Assembly (NCBI GenBank): GCA_001940855.1
Contig: MSGS01000044.1
Span: 20,215 to 84,214 of the forward strand
Origin: Christensenellaceae bacterium Phil1
Lineage (GTDB): Bacteria; Bacillota; Clostridia; Christensenellales; CAG-138
Length of the DNA stretch: 64,000 bases
Direction: 5' to 3'
The notes beneath the pieces are model-generated. The model did not search any database. It had not been told where the DNA came from and saw nothing but the letters and a program-made list of their open reading frames with translations. Made by a program: the position numbers and the translations under genes. Positions within the stretch are counted from its first letter, which is position 1. The number at the start of each line of letters is the position of its first letter. Positions 31,184 to 40,699 of this stretch are shown here, piece after piece.

Positions 31184-31350
31184 CTCTTCATCCAATAAAC
31201 AAGATGACAGTCGCAGCGCGCTGGCCGCTGCGCCCAAGCATGGCGCCGGGATGAGCAGCCGTGCTTTCGGCGGAAGTCACATTCGCCTGCGTCATCGGGC
31301 CTCCCGCCCTTATCATTCGCATGGTTACCTTAGCCTCCGCGCCTCTATCG
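31178..31350 (-). promoter_or_regulatory. Lysine riboswitch (L-box) aptamer
   Basis: Minus strand: CGATAGAGGCGCGGAGG ... GCCGAAAG ... CTGTCA ... GGATGAAGAGCTATCG. It carries the conserved AGAGGCGC, GCCGAA(A/G)G, CUGUCA and GAGAGCU-like boxes in the canonical order, with P1 CGATAG/CTATCG. Confidence 0.85.
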
Positions 31351-31374
31351 TTTCGATATTCAATTAACGAATAT

Positions 31375-31404
31375 ATTATATTCGTTTTCGCCCCTCCGTG
31401 TCAA
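31375..31404 (-). promoter_or_regulatory. Sigma-A type promoter of the lysine-fermentation operon
   Basis: Minus strand: TTGACA (31404-31399), 18 nt, TATAAT (31380-31375). It lies about 25 nt upstream of the aptamer. Confidence 0.65.
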
Positions 31405-31450
31405 TACTTCTTTGGGACAAAAGCCCTCTTTTTTTTGCATGATTAAGCCT

Positions 31451-32140
31451 TTACTTATGCAAATTTAATCTATTCAGTCTATCATACGCATGCGCGGCAC
31501 ATTCGCGCGGTTTCCCCTTCGCCGCCGCTGCCCAGCAAAGCGCGCCGAGCGCCGTTCCGCCCACAACGTCGATTATAAAATGCTGCTTCACGAATACCGT
31601 TGCCATGCACACCAGCGCAAACATTACCGCGCTGAGCCAAGCATACCAACGGGGTATGGCAGAGTTTTTCACGGTCGAGATCATGCACAGGAACGAAACG
31701 AAGCAATGCACGCTCGGGAACAGATTGAGCGGAGCATCCGCCGCGCAGATAATTCCGTATATGAATCCCCACACGCCCGTCGCCTGCTCCGCGGGGCGGG
31801 TGATGGTGGTGGGCCAGATGACGAAAATGGCAAATGCGATAACGTAGCCTATAACGGCCGCGGTGAATAATCGGGCAAAGCCATCCTTCGTTTTGTATAC
31901 AATGTAAAACGTTATCGCCCAATGCGCAAAGCACACAACATACGGCACGAGGAACACCGGCAGAAAAGGTATATGCGCATCCAGCCATGTTTCGGGCGAA
32001 TGCAGCGCAAACCCTGCGGTTTTTATTATAAACTGCGCCAGCCAATACGTTGCGCACTGTATGGCTATCGTGGCGGCGGCAAGCAGCGCCGCGCGCTTGT
32101 CTATACGGCCTATAAGTCCGCGCCCGTTTTGTACGCCCAT
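31451..32140 (-). CDS. PAP2-superfamily (PAP2_C/sphingomyelin-synthase-like) membrane protein
   Basis: 229 aa from ATG 32140 (AAGGAG upstream; track start 32224 is an extension). Multiple TM helices. Catalytic-type motifs FPSVHC and KQHFIIDVVGG. Confidence 0.65.
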   Translation of the reverse strand: MGVQNGRGLIGRIDKRAALLAAATIAIQCATYWLAQFIIKTAGFALHSPETWLDAHIPFLPVFLVPYVVCFAHWAITFYIVYKTKDGFARLFTAAVIGYVIAFAIFVIWPTTITRPAEQATGVWGFIYGIICAADAPLNLFPSVHCFVSFLCMISTVKNSAIPRWYAWLSAVMFALVCMATVFVKQHFIIDVVGGTALGALCWAAAAKGKPRECAAHAYDRLNRLNLHK

Positions 32141-32343
32141 GCAGGATGCTCCTTTCAATGTTTCATATACAAAAAAGCGGCGCAGAATATTGCATTCTTC
32201 CCCGCCGCGGCAGACAAAAATCAAACCGCCGAAAAGGGTTGTAAATAAACCAACATCCTCGCCTGATAGTATTATACCTAATTTGCCTTGTCAATTCAAT
32301 CACAAATTTTCCCTCAAACATAATTATTTTTGTCAAAAACCTC

Positions 32344-32372
32344 TTGACTTAAAAGCGCCCCTTATGTATTAT
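32344..32372 (+). promoter_or_regulatory. Sigma-A type promoter upstream of hppA
   Basis: TTGACT (32344-32349), 17 nt, TATTAT (32367-32372). It leaves a leader of about 135 nt. Confidence 0.55.
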
Positions 32373-32514
32373 GTGTAAACCGAGTCGTTGAAACGATGGT
32401 ATGATTGGTTTTGTCCATTCGCGATGTCGTTCCATCGTTTTGTGTTTTAATTAAGTCGTGTTTTATGCAGAATCCCCTGCGTGAAATAAATTTTCTTTGG
32501 GAGGACCTGATCCT

Positions 32515-34479
32515 ATGAACATTCTTCTGTACGCCGTGCCTGCTGCGGCGGCGGTCGCGCTGCTGTTCGCGTTTATAAAGGCGCGCAGCATAGCCCACCG
32601 CGACGAGGGCGAACCCGGCATGGCCGAAATTGCCCACGCCATAAGCGAAGGCGCGGACGCATTCCTTAAGAGCGAATACAAGCTGCTGCTCATATTCATC
32701 GCGATAGTTTTCGCGGGAATATGGCTTGGCCTTGGCAGCATAACCACAGCGGTTGCGTTCCTTGTGGGCGCGCTGTTCAGCGTGCTGGCCGGTTACTTCG
32801 GCATGAAGGTCGCCACCCGCGCGAACGTGCGTACCGCTAACGCGGCGCGTACCGGCGGCATAAACGAGGCGCTGAGCGTTGCCTTCTCCGGCGGCACGGT
32901 AATGGGCATGTGCGTTGTTGGCCTTGGCCTTATCGGCGCAAGCGTACTTTATATTATAACCGAAAACGGCGATGTGCTTACGGGCTTCTCCCTTGGCGCA
33001 TCGAGCGTTGCGCTGTTTGCCCGCGTGGGCGGCGGCATATACACCAAGGCTGCCGACGTAGGCGCAGACCTTGTTGGTAAGGTTGAAGCGGGCATTCCGG
33101 AGGACGACCCCCGCAACCCCGCCGTTATTGCCGACAACGTGGGCGATAACGTGGGCGACGTGGCCGGCATGGGCGCGGACCTTTTTGAAAGCTATGTTGG
33201 CAGTATAGTAAGCGCAATAGTGTTGGGCGTATTCAGCTTCGGCGCCACCGGCGCGGTATATCCCCTTGCGCTGAGCGGGCTTGGCATAATCGCTTCCGTA
33301 CTCGGCACGTTCTTCGTGCGCGGCGGCAAGAATGCGGACCCGATGAAGGCGCTCAAGATGGGCAGCTACACCTCCGCCATACTGGTTGCGGCGGGCAGCG
33401 TTGCGCTAAGCTTTGTATGCTTCGGCAGCGTAAACACCAGCCTTGCAATAATCTGCGGCCTTATAGTGGGCCTTGCGATAGGCTTTTTCACCGAGGTTTA
33501 CACCTCCGATAAATACCGCTTCGTAAAGAGCATTGCGGAGCAGTCCACCACCGGCAGCGCGACCAACATAATATGCGGCCTCAGCACCGGCATGCTTTCC
33601 ACCTGCGTTTCCATAATACTCGTGTGCCTTGGCATACTGGGCGCATATAAGTTCGCCGGTCTTTACGGCATAGCGCTTGCGGCGGTAGGCATGCTTTCCA
33701 CCGCGGGCATGACCGTTGCGGTCGATGCATACGGCCCGATAGCCGATAACGCGGGCGGCATAGCCGAAATGGCCGGCCTTGAGGACAGCGTGCGCGACAT
33801 TACCGACCGCCTGGACAGCGTTGGCAACACCACCGCCGCCATGGGCAAGGGCTTTGCCATCGGTTCCGCGGCGCTTACGGCAATGGCCCTGTTCGTATCC
33901 TATGCGCAGGCTGCCGAGCTTCAGATGATAGACATACTTGACCCGTTCGTAATAATCGGCCTGCTGCTGGGCGGCATGCTGCCGTTCCTGTTCAGCGCGC
34001 TGACCATGAGCAGCGTATCCAAGGCCGCGGAGAGCATGATTCGCGAGGTAAGGCGTCAGTTTAAGGAGCACGCCGGCATACTGCAGGGCACCGAAAGGCC
34101 GGATTACCGCACCTGCGTATCCATCGCGGCTACCTCCGCGCTAAAGGAAATGATTCTCCCCGGCGCAATAGCCATCGTTGCTCCCCTGCTGGTCGGCTTC
34201 CTGCTCGGCCCCGCCGCCCTTGGCGGACTGCTTGCGGGCAGCGTGGTAACGGGCGTGCTTATGGCAATATTCATGAGCAACTCCGGCGGCGCATGGGACA
34301 ACGCCAAGAAATACATTGAAGGCGGCAACTTCGGCGGCAAGGGCAGCGAAGCGCACAAGGCGGCCGTTGTGGGCGACACCGTGGGCGACCCGTTCAAGGA
34401 TACCTCCGGCCCCAGCATAAACATTCTGATAAAGCTGATGACCATAGTTTCGCTGGTATTCGTACCGCTGATGAAGTAA
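32515..34479 (+). CDS. hppA: Membrane-integral ion-translocating pyrophosphatase
   Basis: 654 aa from ATG 32515 (GGGAGGA upstream). Signature segments [26 protein letters not shown] and [15 protein letters not shown]. Confidence 0.95.
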   Translation: MNILLYAVPAAAAVALLFAFIKARSIAHRDEGEPGMAEIAHAISEGADAFLKSEYKLLLIFIAIVFAGIWLGLGSITTAVAFLVGALFSVLAGYFGMKVATRANVRTANAARTGGINEALSVAFSGGTVMGMCVVGLGLIGASVLYIITENGDVLTGFSLGASSVALFARVGGGIYTKAADVGADLVGKVEAGIPEDDPRNPAVIADNVGDNVGDVAGMGADLFESYVGSIVSAIVLGVFSFGATGAVYPLALSGLGIIASVLGTFFVRGGKNADPMKALKMGSYTSAILVAAGSVALSFVCFGSVNTSLAIICGLIVGLAIGFFTEVYTSDKYRFVKSIAEQSTTGSATNIICGLSTGMLSTCVSIILVCLGILGAYKFAGLYGIALAAVGMLSTAGMTVAVDAYGPIADNAGGIAEMAGLEDSVRDITDRLDSVGNTTAAMGKGFAIGSAALTAMALFVSYAQAAELQMIDILDPFVIIGLLLGGMLPFLFSALTMSSVSKAAESMIREVRRQFKEHAGILQGTERPDYRTCVSIAATSALKEMILPGAIAIVAPLLVGFLLGPAALGGLLAGSVVTGVLMAIFMSNSGGAWDNAKKYIEGGNFGGKGSEAHKAAVVGDTVGDPFKDTSGPSINILIKLMTIVSLVFVPLMK

Positions 34480-34493
34480 GGCATACAGAAGAT

Positions 34494-34528
34494 AAAAAAA
34501 GAGCATCTGCGCAGGCAGGTGCTTTTTT
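34494..34528. terminator. Bidirectional intrinsic terminator (hppA / serine hydrolase)
   Basis: A7, then GCATCTGC, loop GCAG, GCAGGTGC, then T6. Confidence 0.75.
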
Positions 34529-34538
34529 GTATGCTCAC

Positions 34539-35555
34539 TTAAAGCCGTTCCGCCGTTTGTTTGGTTTTAATGAAATATTCCATCATTTGGGCAAGGAAGG
34601 GAGGTTCCTCCATAACGGTATTAGAGAGGATGATGATTGCCGCTTTATACTCAAAATTCAACCTTTGCCAATGTCTCAACCCCGGCAATCCTCCATCATG
34701 TCCAAACCAACCGTTATCAAACTGCCATAGCCCGCATCCGTAAGGCTTCGGGTCAAAATTCAGACATTCCCTCCAACTGTCAGCGGACAATATATCGGCA
34801 TTCAGTATAGCGCTGCACCAAAGCCCTAAATCCGTCAGCGAAGAAACAACGCTGCTGTCGCCGCTCTCCATGGCAGGCCTGCCGCAGGAAAAAATCTCAT
34901 CGTTATGCTTTACATATCCGCAAGCGTCCGCTATATGTCCGTTCATGTGGGTGTGGTTTAAGCCGAAGCGCATAAATACATCGCTCATGGCTGCTGACAA
35001 AGGTTTGCCGGTTAGCATCTCCAAAATGTGACCAAGCAAAAAATAATTCGTATTGCTGTATCTTCCCTCTGTTCCGGGTTCAAAGTGCAAGGGCAGTTCA
35101 CCGATCAGCTCAAAACATTCCGAAAGACTAACGGGACGGCATTCCGCAACAATGCACCTATTGAACTCGATAACATCAGCCGGCGCTGTTCCGTGCTCCG
35201 ATTCATATTTACGAATCGCGTCAGGAATAATCCTATCACCGATATAATCGGGAATACCGCTAGAATGATGCAGCAGATTGCGAATCGTAATATTCTTCCC
35301 TTGGGGATATTGTGGGAAGTATAGGTCGATTGTATCATCCAAAGAAAGCTTCCCCTGCTCTATCTGAAGTAAAATTGCTGCTGCGACAAATTGCTTGGAC
35401 AGCGAAGCTAATGTAATGGTGGTATGTGATGTGAAGGGAGTGTTTGCGCCGCAGTCAGCATTGCCTTGGCAATGTTCAAAAACAACCTGACCGTTTTTAA
35501 GGACAAGCACTCCGCCTTGAAAATCCCTTGGGATAATGTTTTCAAATGGTTTCAT
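34539..35555 (-). CDS. Beta-lactamase-fold serine hydrolase (class C / PBP4*-like)
   Basis: 338 aa. SxxK nucleophile motif LASLSKQF and later YSNTNY. The gene is visibly more AT-rich than its flanks. Confidence 0.82.
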   Translation of the reverse strand: MKPFENIIPRDFQGGVLVLKNGQVVFEHCQGNADCGANTPFTSHTTITLASLSKQFVAAAILLQIEQGKLSLDDTIDLYFPQYPQGKNITIRNLLHHSSGIPDYIGDRIIPDAIRKYESEHGTAPADVIEFNRCIVAECRPVSLSECFELIGELPLHFEPGTEGRYSNTNYFLLGHILEMLTGKPLSAAMSDVFMRFGLNHTHMNGHIADACGYVKHNDEIFSCGRPAMESGDSSVVSSLTDLGLWCSAILNADILSADSWRECLNFDPKPYGCGLWQFDNGWFGHDGGLPGLRHWQRLNFEYKAAIIILSNTVMEEPPFLAQMMEYFIKTKQTAERL

Positions 35556-35772
35556 AAAGATCTCTCCGCCAAATTCATATTTTCGCTCTGTTCAAGCATT
35601 ATAGCACTTTTTTCATCAGTTTTGGGTATGAATGCGGATAAAAAGCGTTTGGAAATAGCTAACGGGTTCTTTGGTTGGCAATACGCTGCAAGGCGGATTG
35701 ACTGAGGGGTTGACGATATACAAAAACCAGGGGAACGCCATCGCGTCCCCCCATATCTTTCAATATTTTGCC

Positions 35773-36966
35773 TTATCCGTTGTGCCTGAGCGTACCCCTG
35801 GCCTCAAGCTCGAGCAGCTTTGCGGCGGGGTCCTTCACCTTGGCAAGGAATATCATGGCCGCTATAATGTACGGCTTGAAGCTGGCCTGCTTGTAAAGCG
35901 GGTCGCGGTAGCGGTCGAACACGCTGGCGGCAACCTCGCCCGCCTCGCAGGATACGCCGGTTATGTCCGCGGGCAGGCAGTGCAGATACAGCGCCTTGCC
36001 ATCCTTGGTCAGCTTCATCATTTCTTCCGTGCATTCCCAGTCCTTGTGGTTGGCGTTCTGGGCGAGCAGCCGCCTTTCAAGGGCCTTTATGCCCTCAAGG
36101 TCGCCGTTGCCGTAAAGCTCCGTGCGCTCCTCCATGGCCTTAAACGGCGCCCAGCTTTTGGGATACACTATATCCGCATCGCGGAAGGCCTCCTTCATGT
36201 CGTGGGAAACGCTCAGGCTGCCGCCGGATTCGGCGCTCTGCCGCTTTGCAAGCTCCACAACGTCGTCCATAACCTCGTATCCTTCGGGATACGCAAGGGA
36301 AACATCCATGCCGAAGCGGCTCATAAGGCCTATTACGCCCTGCGGAACGGAAAGGGGCTTGCCGTAGCTGGGGCTGTATGCCCATGTCATGGCGACCTTT
36401 TTGCCCTTCAGGTTCTCTATCCCGCCGAATTCGTGAATAAGGTGCAGCGTATCTGCCATAACCTGCGTGGGGTGGTCAATGTCGCATTGCAAATTGACCA
36501 GCGTGGGCTTCTGCTCAAGCACGCCGTCGCGGTGGCCTTCGGTAACGGCGTTCACAACGTTGTGCATATATGTGTTGCCCTTGCCTATGTACATATCGTC
36601 GCGTATGCCTATAACGTCCGCCATGAAGGATATCATGTTGGCGGTTTCGCGCACGGTTTCGCCGTGGGCAATCTGGCTCTTGCCCTCGTCCAAATCCTGC
36701 ACCTCAAGGCCCAGCAGGTTGCAGGCCGATGCGAAGGAGAAGCGGGTGCGGGTGGAATTATCCCTGAAAAGGCTTATGCCCAGGCCGCTGTCGAATATCT
36801 TGGCGGAAATGTTGTTCTCCCTCAGGTGCCTCAGCGCGTCCGCAACGGCGAAAACGCCCTTTATCTCGTCAAAGCTCTTTTCCCATGTAAGGAAAAAGTC
36901 GCCCTCGTACATTTTGTCAAGCTTAAGCTGGCTTATAACGTCCGTAAACTGCTTTACGTTGCTCAT
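35773..36966 (-). CDS. ygeW: YgeW-type knotted carbamoyltransferase
   Basis: 397 aa. Carbamoyl-phosphate motif STRTR and HPTQ. The length and long N-terminus are typical of YgeW rather than OTC/ATC. Confidence 0.88.
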   Translation of the reverse strand: MSNVKQFTDVISQLKLDKMYEGDFFLTWEKSFDEIKGVFAVADALRHLRENNISAKIFDSGLGISLFRDNSTRTRFSFASACNLLGLEVQDLDEGKSQIAHGETVRETANMISFMADVIGIRDDMYIGKGNTYMHNVVNAVTEGHRDGVLEQKPTLVNLQCDIDHPTQVMADTLHLIHEFGGIENLKGKKVAMTWAYSPSYGKPLSVPQGVIGLMSRFGMDVSLAYPEGYEVMDDVVELAKRQSAESGGSLSVSHDMKEAFRDADIVYPKSWAPFKAMEERTELYGNGDLEGIKALERRLLAQNANHKDWECTEEMMKLTKDGKALYLHCLPADITGVSCEAGEVAASVFDRYRDPLYKQASFKPYIIAAMIFLAKVKDPAAKLLELEARGTLRHNG

Positions 36967-36990
36967 TTTCGTCTCCTTTATAATGAAATG

Positions 36991-38364
36991 TTACTTTATG
37001 TCGTTATCCGTAAGGGTGGCGCGGAACTCGGTCGCGTCCTCGTCCCCCTTGCCCTTGTAAAGGCCGGGCACAAGCGCGTATATTGCCGCGCAGTGTACCA
37101 GATCCTCTTTCCATGTCATCTCGTTGGGAGCATGCGCCTGGCTCTCCGCGCCCGGGCCGAAGCCCACGCAGGGTATGCCGTAGCGGCCCTGTATGCTCAC
37201 GCCGTTGGTGGAGAACGTCCATTTGTCTATCAGCGGCCTTTCGCGCTTTGCCATTGCCGTTGCATCGCCGCAGCGCTTTTCGCCGTAGAGCGCCTTATGC
37301 GCATCGGCCACGGCCTGAACGTGCGGCGCGGTTTCCTTATTTATCCATGTGGGGAAATAGCATTCGGTTTCGTATATCTCTCCCGTCCAGCTGGGGCGGT
37401 TGTACATATACATGCTCACCTTTGCATTGTGCTTTTTGCACGCGGGCAGGGCCTCTATTTCGCGTATGCAGCTGTCCCATGTTTCGCCCGCGGTCATGCG
37501 GCGGTCAAGCGATACGGAGCAGCTGTCCGCCACCGCGCAGCGGGAGGGCGAGGTGAAGAATATCTGGCTGGTGGTTATGGTTCCGCGGCCAAGGAAGCGC
37601 GCGTCCATATAATGCTCGGGGTTGAACTCCGGCTCCAGCATCTTTACAAGGCCCTTTATTTCATATTCATCGGTGCAGCCGTTTTCGTTAAGCTGCTCAA
37701 CCTCCTTCAGTATATCCGCCATCTTATAAATGGCGTTGTCCCCGCGCTCCGGCGCGCTGCCGTGGCAGCTTACGCCCAGCACGTCCACGCGTATCTCCAT
37801 CCTGCCCCTGTGGCCGCGGTAAACGCCGCCGTCCGTAGGCTCGGTTATAACCACGAATTCGGGGGTTATGCCGTCAATATTGTGTATATACTGCCAGCAC
37901 ATACCGTCGCAGTCCTCCTCCTGCACGGTGCCGGTAACAAGTATTCTTGTGCCTTCGGGTATAAGGCCAAGCTCCTTCATTATCTTTGCGCCGTAAACGG
38001 AGCTTACTATGCCGCCAAGCTGGTCGCTCGCGCCGCGTCCGCCTATTTCGGTTTCGGTTTCATAGCCTTCATACGGGTCGAATTTCCAGTTGCTCATTTC
38101 GCCAAGACCAACCGTGTCTATATGCGCATCGAAGGCGATAAGCCTTTCGCCTTCGCCCATGTAGCCCAGCACGTTGCCAAGGCCGTCTATTTCAACCTTG
38201 TCAAAGCCAACCGCCTTCATCTCCTCGGCTATCCTGTGGATAACGCCTTCCTCGCCCGAGCTTTCGCCGGGTATCCTTATAAGGTCCCTCAAAAAGCGGG
38301 TCATCTCTTTTTCGTAGCCCTGCGCGGCCTTTTTTACAGCGCAAACGTCCATTCCTTCGTCCAT
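36991..38364 (-). CDS. ygeY: YgeY-family M20 peptidase/deacylase (selenium-metabolism-linked hydrolase)
   Basis: 457 aa (a start a few codons downstream, at MDVCAVKK, is possible). [22 protein letters not shown] resembles the YgeY N-terminus. M20 metal ligands are present. Confidence 0.82.
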   Translation of the reverse strand: MDEGMDVCAVKKAAQGYEKEMTRFLRDLIRIPGESSGEEGVIHRIAEEMKAVGFDKVEIDGLGNVLGYMGEGERLIAFDAHIDTVGLGEMSNWKFDPYEGYETETEIGGRGASDQLGGIVSSVYGAKIMKELGLIPEGTRILVTGTVQEEDCDGMCWQYIHNIDGITPEFVVITEPTDGGVYRGHRGRMEIRVDVLGVSCHGSAPERGDNAIYKMADILKEVEQLNENGCTDEYEIKGLVKMLEPEFNPEHYMDARFLGRGTITTSQIFFTSPSRCAVADSCSVSLDRRMTAGETWDSCIREIEALPACKKHNAKVSMYMYNRPSWTGEIYETECYFPTWINKETAPHVQAVADAHKALYGEKRCGDATAMAKRERPLIDKWTFSTNGVSIQGRYGIPCVGFGPGAESQAHAPNEMTWKEDLVHCAAIYALVPGLYKGKGDEDATEFRATLTDNDIK

Positions 38365-38405
38365 CCTTTCCGTTTTTTATTCTCGCGCCCCTCTGTGCGG
38401 GGGTA

Positions 38406-39044
38406 TTATTCCTTGCTGCCGCTGTCCAAATATGAATACAGCGTATATTTGCTTATGCCGAAGTAGCTGCTTATCCTGTCCCCGCTCTTGGTGATGAGCA
38501 TTGCGCCGGCGTCGTTAAGGTAGCGTATCGCGCGGACCTTGTCTTCCTTGTTCATCATTGCAACCGGCTTGCCCACCAGCCGCACGGATTTTTCAATAAG
38601 CTCGTCCAGCAGCTCGTTAACGCTTGTGGGTATCTGCGGGGCCTCCCGCTCGTCCTTATCGTCCGCAATGAAGGAATCCACGGCGCTGCGCGCCATCATG
38701 AACGGCGTCATATCGTAATTTATCGAGAATATGCCCTCCGGCACGCCGTTTTCATCTTTTATATATACCGTGCTTGATCTGAGCGTTCTGCCGTCGCCCG
38801 TCTTGGTATGGTAGCCAAGCTCGTCCTCCATATGCTCGCCCTTGTGCTTGAGCGCTTCCAGCACCACCGGGGAGCTTCCGTCGCCAACGCGGCGGCGGGA
38901 CACATGGCCGTTTTCTATCGCGGCAATGGTGCGCTCCGGATCGCCCGTGTTAAGATCGTGCACCACCACTTCGCAGTTTCCGCCGAACTGGGCCGCCATG
39001 GCCTTCGCCAGCCGTTTTACAAAATCAAGCGTTTTATCGTCCAT
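38406..39044 (-). CDS. YheO-like transcriptional regulator (PAS-like sensor plus C-terminal HTH)
   Basis: 212 aa from ATG 39044 (GGAGG upstream; track start 39113 is an extension). NCEVVVHDL ... IAAIENGHVSRR ... and a C-terminal HTH (ISSYFGISKYTLYSYL). Confidence 0.75.
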   Translation of the reverse strand: MDDKTLDFVKRLAKAMAAQFGGNCEVVVHDLNTGDPERTIAAIENGHVSRRRVGDGSSPVVLEALKHKGEHMEDELGYHTKTGDGRTLRSSTVYIKDENGVPEGIFSINYDMTPFMMARSAVDSFIADDKDEREAPQIPTSVNELLDELIEKSVRLVGKPVAMMNKEDKVRAIRYLNDAGAMLITKSGDRISSYFGISKYTLYSYLDSGSKE

Positions 39045-39173
39045 TGTTACATATCGCCTCCGTTCAAGTATATCTGCGTATGCATATATTAGTTTATCAT
39101 ACAATAACTCCATTGCAAAGGCGATATCAAAATAAAATTTAGTTTATCTAAAAGAATTTTGTTTCTTTTGTTC

Positions 39174-39202
39174 TTGTCATCGCGCCGCATGGATGATATT
39201 AT
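39174..39202 (+). promoter_or_regulatory. Sigma-A type promoter of ssnA-ygfK-xdhD-deoC
   Basis: TTGTCA (39174-39179), 17 nt, TATTAT (39197-39202). Confidence 0.55.
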
Positions 39203-39251
39203 AATAACGTAAGAAAAATCATCATACGGAATGCTGTAAGGGAGTGCTTTG

Positions 39252-39301
39252 CGCGCGGGCAGAAACCAGGGCTTACGCCTTGTCAGCCGAGCGTTTTTTT
39301 T
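39252..39301 (+). terminator. Terminator-like element inside the ssnA leader (candidate attenuator)
   Basis: CGCGCGG (39252-39258) can pair with CCGAGCG (39287-39293), enclosing a GGCttacGCC mini-hairpin. T8 (39294-39301) follows immediately, 44 nt before the ssnA ATG. Confidence 0.4.
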
Positions 39302-39344
39302 AATATTAAAACCATATACCATCTTTTTAAGGAGGCTTTTTGGC

Positions 39345-40676
39345 ATGATAATCATAGGAAACGGCAGATTGATAACCCGAAACGCGGCCGAGCCATACTA
39401 TGAAAACGGCGCGGTAGTTACCGAAAACGAGCTTATAAAGGAAACAGGCACAACGGCAGAGATGCGCCTGAAATATCCTGACGCCGAATTTGTGGACGCT
39501 AAGGGCGGCGTTATAATGCCCGCGTTCATAAACGCGCATACGCACATATATTCCGCCCTTGCGCGGGGTCTCAGCATAGCGGGCTATAACCCCACCAATT
39601 TTTACGAGGTGCTGGACGGCATGTGGTGGAAAATAGACCGCAGCCTTACCCTTGAGGATACGCGCCGCAGCGCATACACAACCATAATAGACTGCATAAA
39701 GACCGGCTGCACCACCATATTCGATCATCATGCAAGCTTTTGCCAAATAGAGGGCAGCCTTTTTGCAATAGCCGACGCGGCAAAGGCGCTTGGCATACGC
39801 GCGTGCCTGTGCTATGAGGTGAGCGAACGCGACGGGGAAAAGAAGTGTGATGAATCCATTGAGGAGAACAAGAGCTTTATAGATCACTGCGAGCGCGAAA
39901 ACGACCCAATGCTGAAGGCAATGTTCGGCGGCCATGCGCTTTTCACGATAGGCGATAAAACGTTTGAAAAATGCGTTAAGGCAAACGGCGGGCGCACGGG
40001 CTTCCATATTCACGTTTGCGAGGGCATGAACGACGTTTACGATTCAATGAAGAACTACGGCTGCCGCAGCGTGAACCGCCTGCTGTACAACGGCATTTTG
40101 GGCGAAAGGACGCTGCTTGGGCATTGCATACACATAAGCCCCGCGGAAATGGACATAATTCGCGAAACCGGCACAATGGTTGTGAACAACCCCGAATCGA
40201 ACATGGGCAACGCCGTGGGCTGCTCGCCTGTGCTGAAGCTGTTTGAAAAGGGCATATTGGTAGGACTCGGCACCGATGCATACACGTTCGATATGCTGGA
40301 AAGCCTTAAAGCCGCCCTGACCATACAGCGGCACAACGCCGCCATGCCAAACGTTGGCTGGAACGAAGTTACAACAATGCTTTTCGCAAACAACGCTAAG
40401 ATTGCCGCCAAGTATTTCCCCCATGAGCTGGGCGTTATAAAGGCGGGCGCGAGCGCGGACGTTATAGTGATGGACTACAAGCCCTTCACCCCCTTCTCGG
40501 CAGAGAATATAGATGGGCATATGCTCTTCGGCATGGCCGGCAGGCAGTGCGAAACCACAATGTGCGCAGGCAGACTGCTTATGAAAGACAGGAAGCTGCT
40601 TATTGCCGACGAGGAAGCCGAAAACGCCAAAACGCTTGAAGTTTCAACCAAGCTTTGGCAGCGGCTCAACGGCTGA
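39345..40676 (+). CDS. ssnA: SsnA-type amidohydrolase (putative aminohydrolase of the Se-Mo hydroxylase cluster)
   Basis: 443 aa from ATG 39345 (AAGGAGG upstream). Amidohydrolase metal motif NAHTHIYS. The length and neighbourhood match SsnA. Confidence 0.82.
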   Translation: MIIIGNGRLITRNAAEPYYENGAVVTENELIKETGTTAEMRLKYPDAEFVDAKGGVIMPAFINAHTHIYSALARGLSIAGYNPTNFYEVLDGMWWKIDRSLTLEDTRRSAYTTIIDCIKTGCTTIFDHHASFCQIEGSLFAIADAAKALGIRACLCYEVSERDGEKKCDESIEENKSFIDHCERENDPMLKAMFGGHALFTIGDKTFEKCVKANGGRTGFHIHVCEGMNDVYDSMKNYGCRSVNRLLYNGILGERTLLGHCIHISPAEMDIIRETGTMVVNNPESNMGNAVGCSPVLKLFEKGILVGLGTDAYTFDMLESLKAALTIQRHNAAMPNVGWNEVTTMLFANNAKIAAKYFPHELGVIKAGASADVIVMDYKPFTPFSAENIDGHMLFGMAGRQCETTMCAGRLLMKDRKLLIADEEAENAKTLEVSTKLWQRLNG

Positions 40677-40699
40677 CACAACAACGGGAGGAACATAAA

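Noticed and set aside
35671-38466. A 931-aa plus-strand ORF, the longest-but-one in the track.
   Set aside because: It runs antisense across two independently well-supported minus-strand genes (ygeW, ygeY) and an intergenic gap. It has no RBS and a low-complexity Ala/Gly/Arg/His/Val-rich translation. This is a typical shadow ORF of GC-rich DNA.
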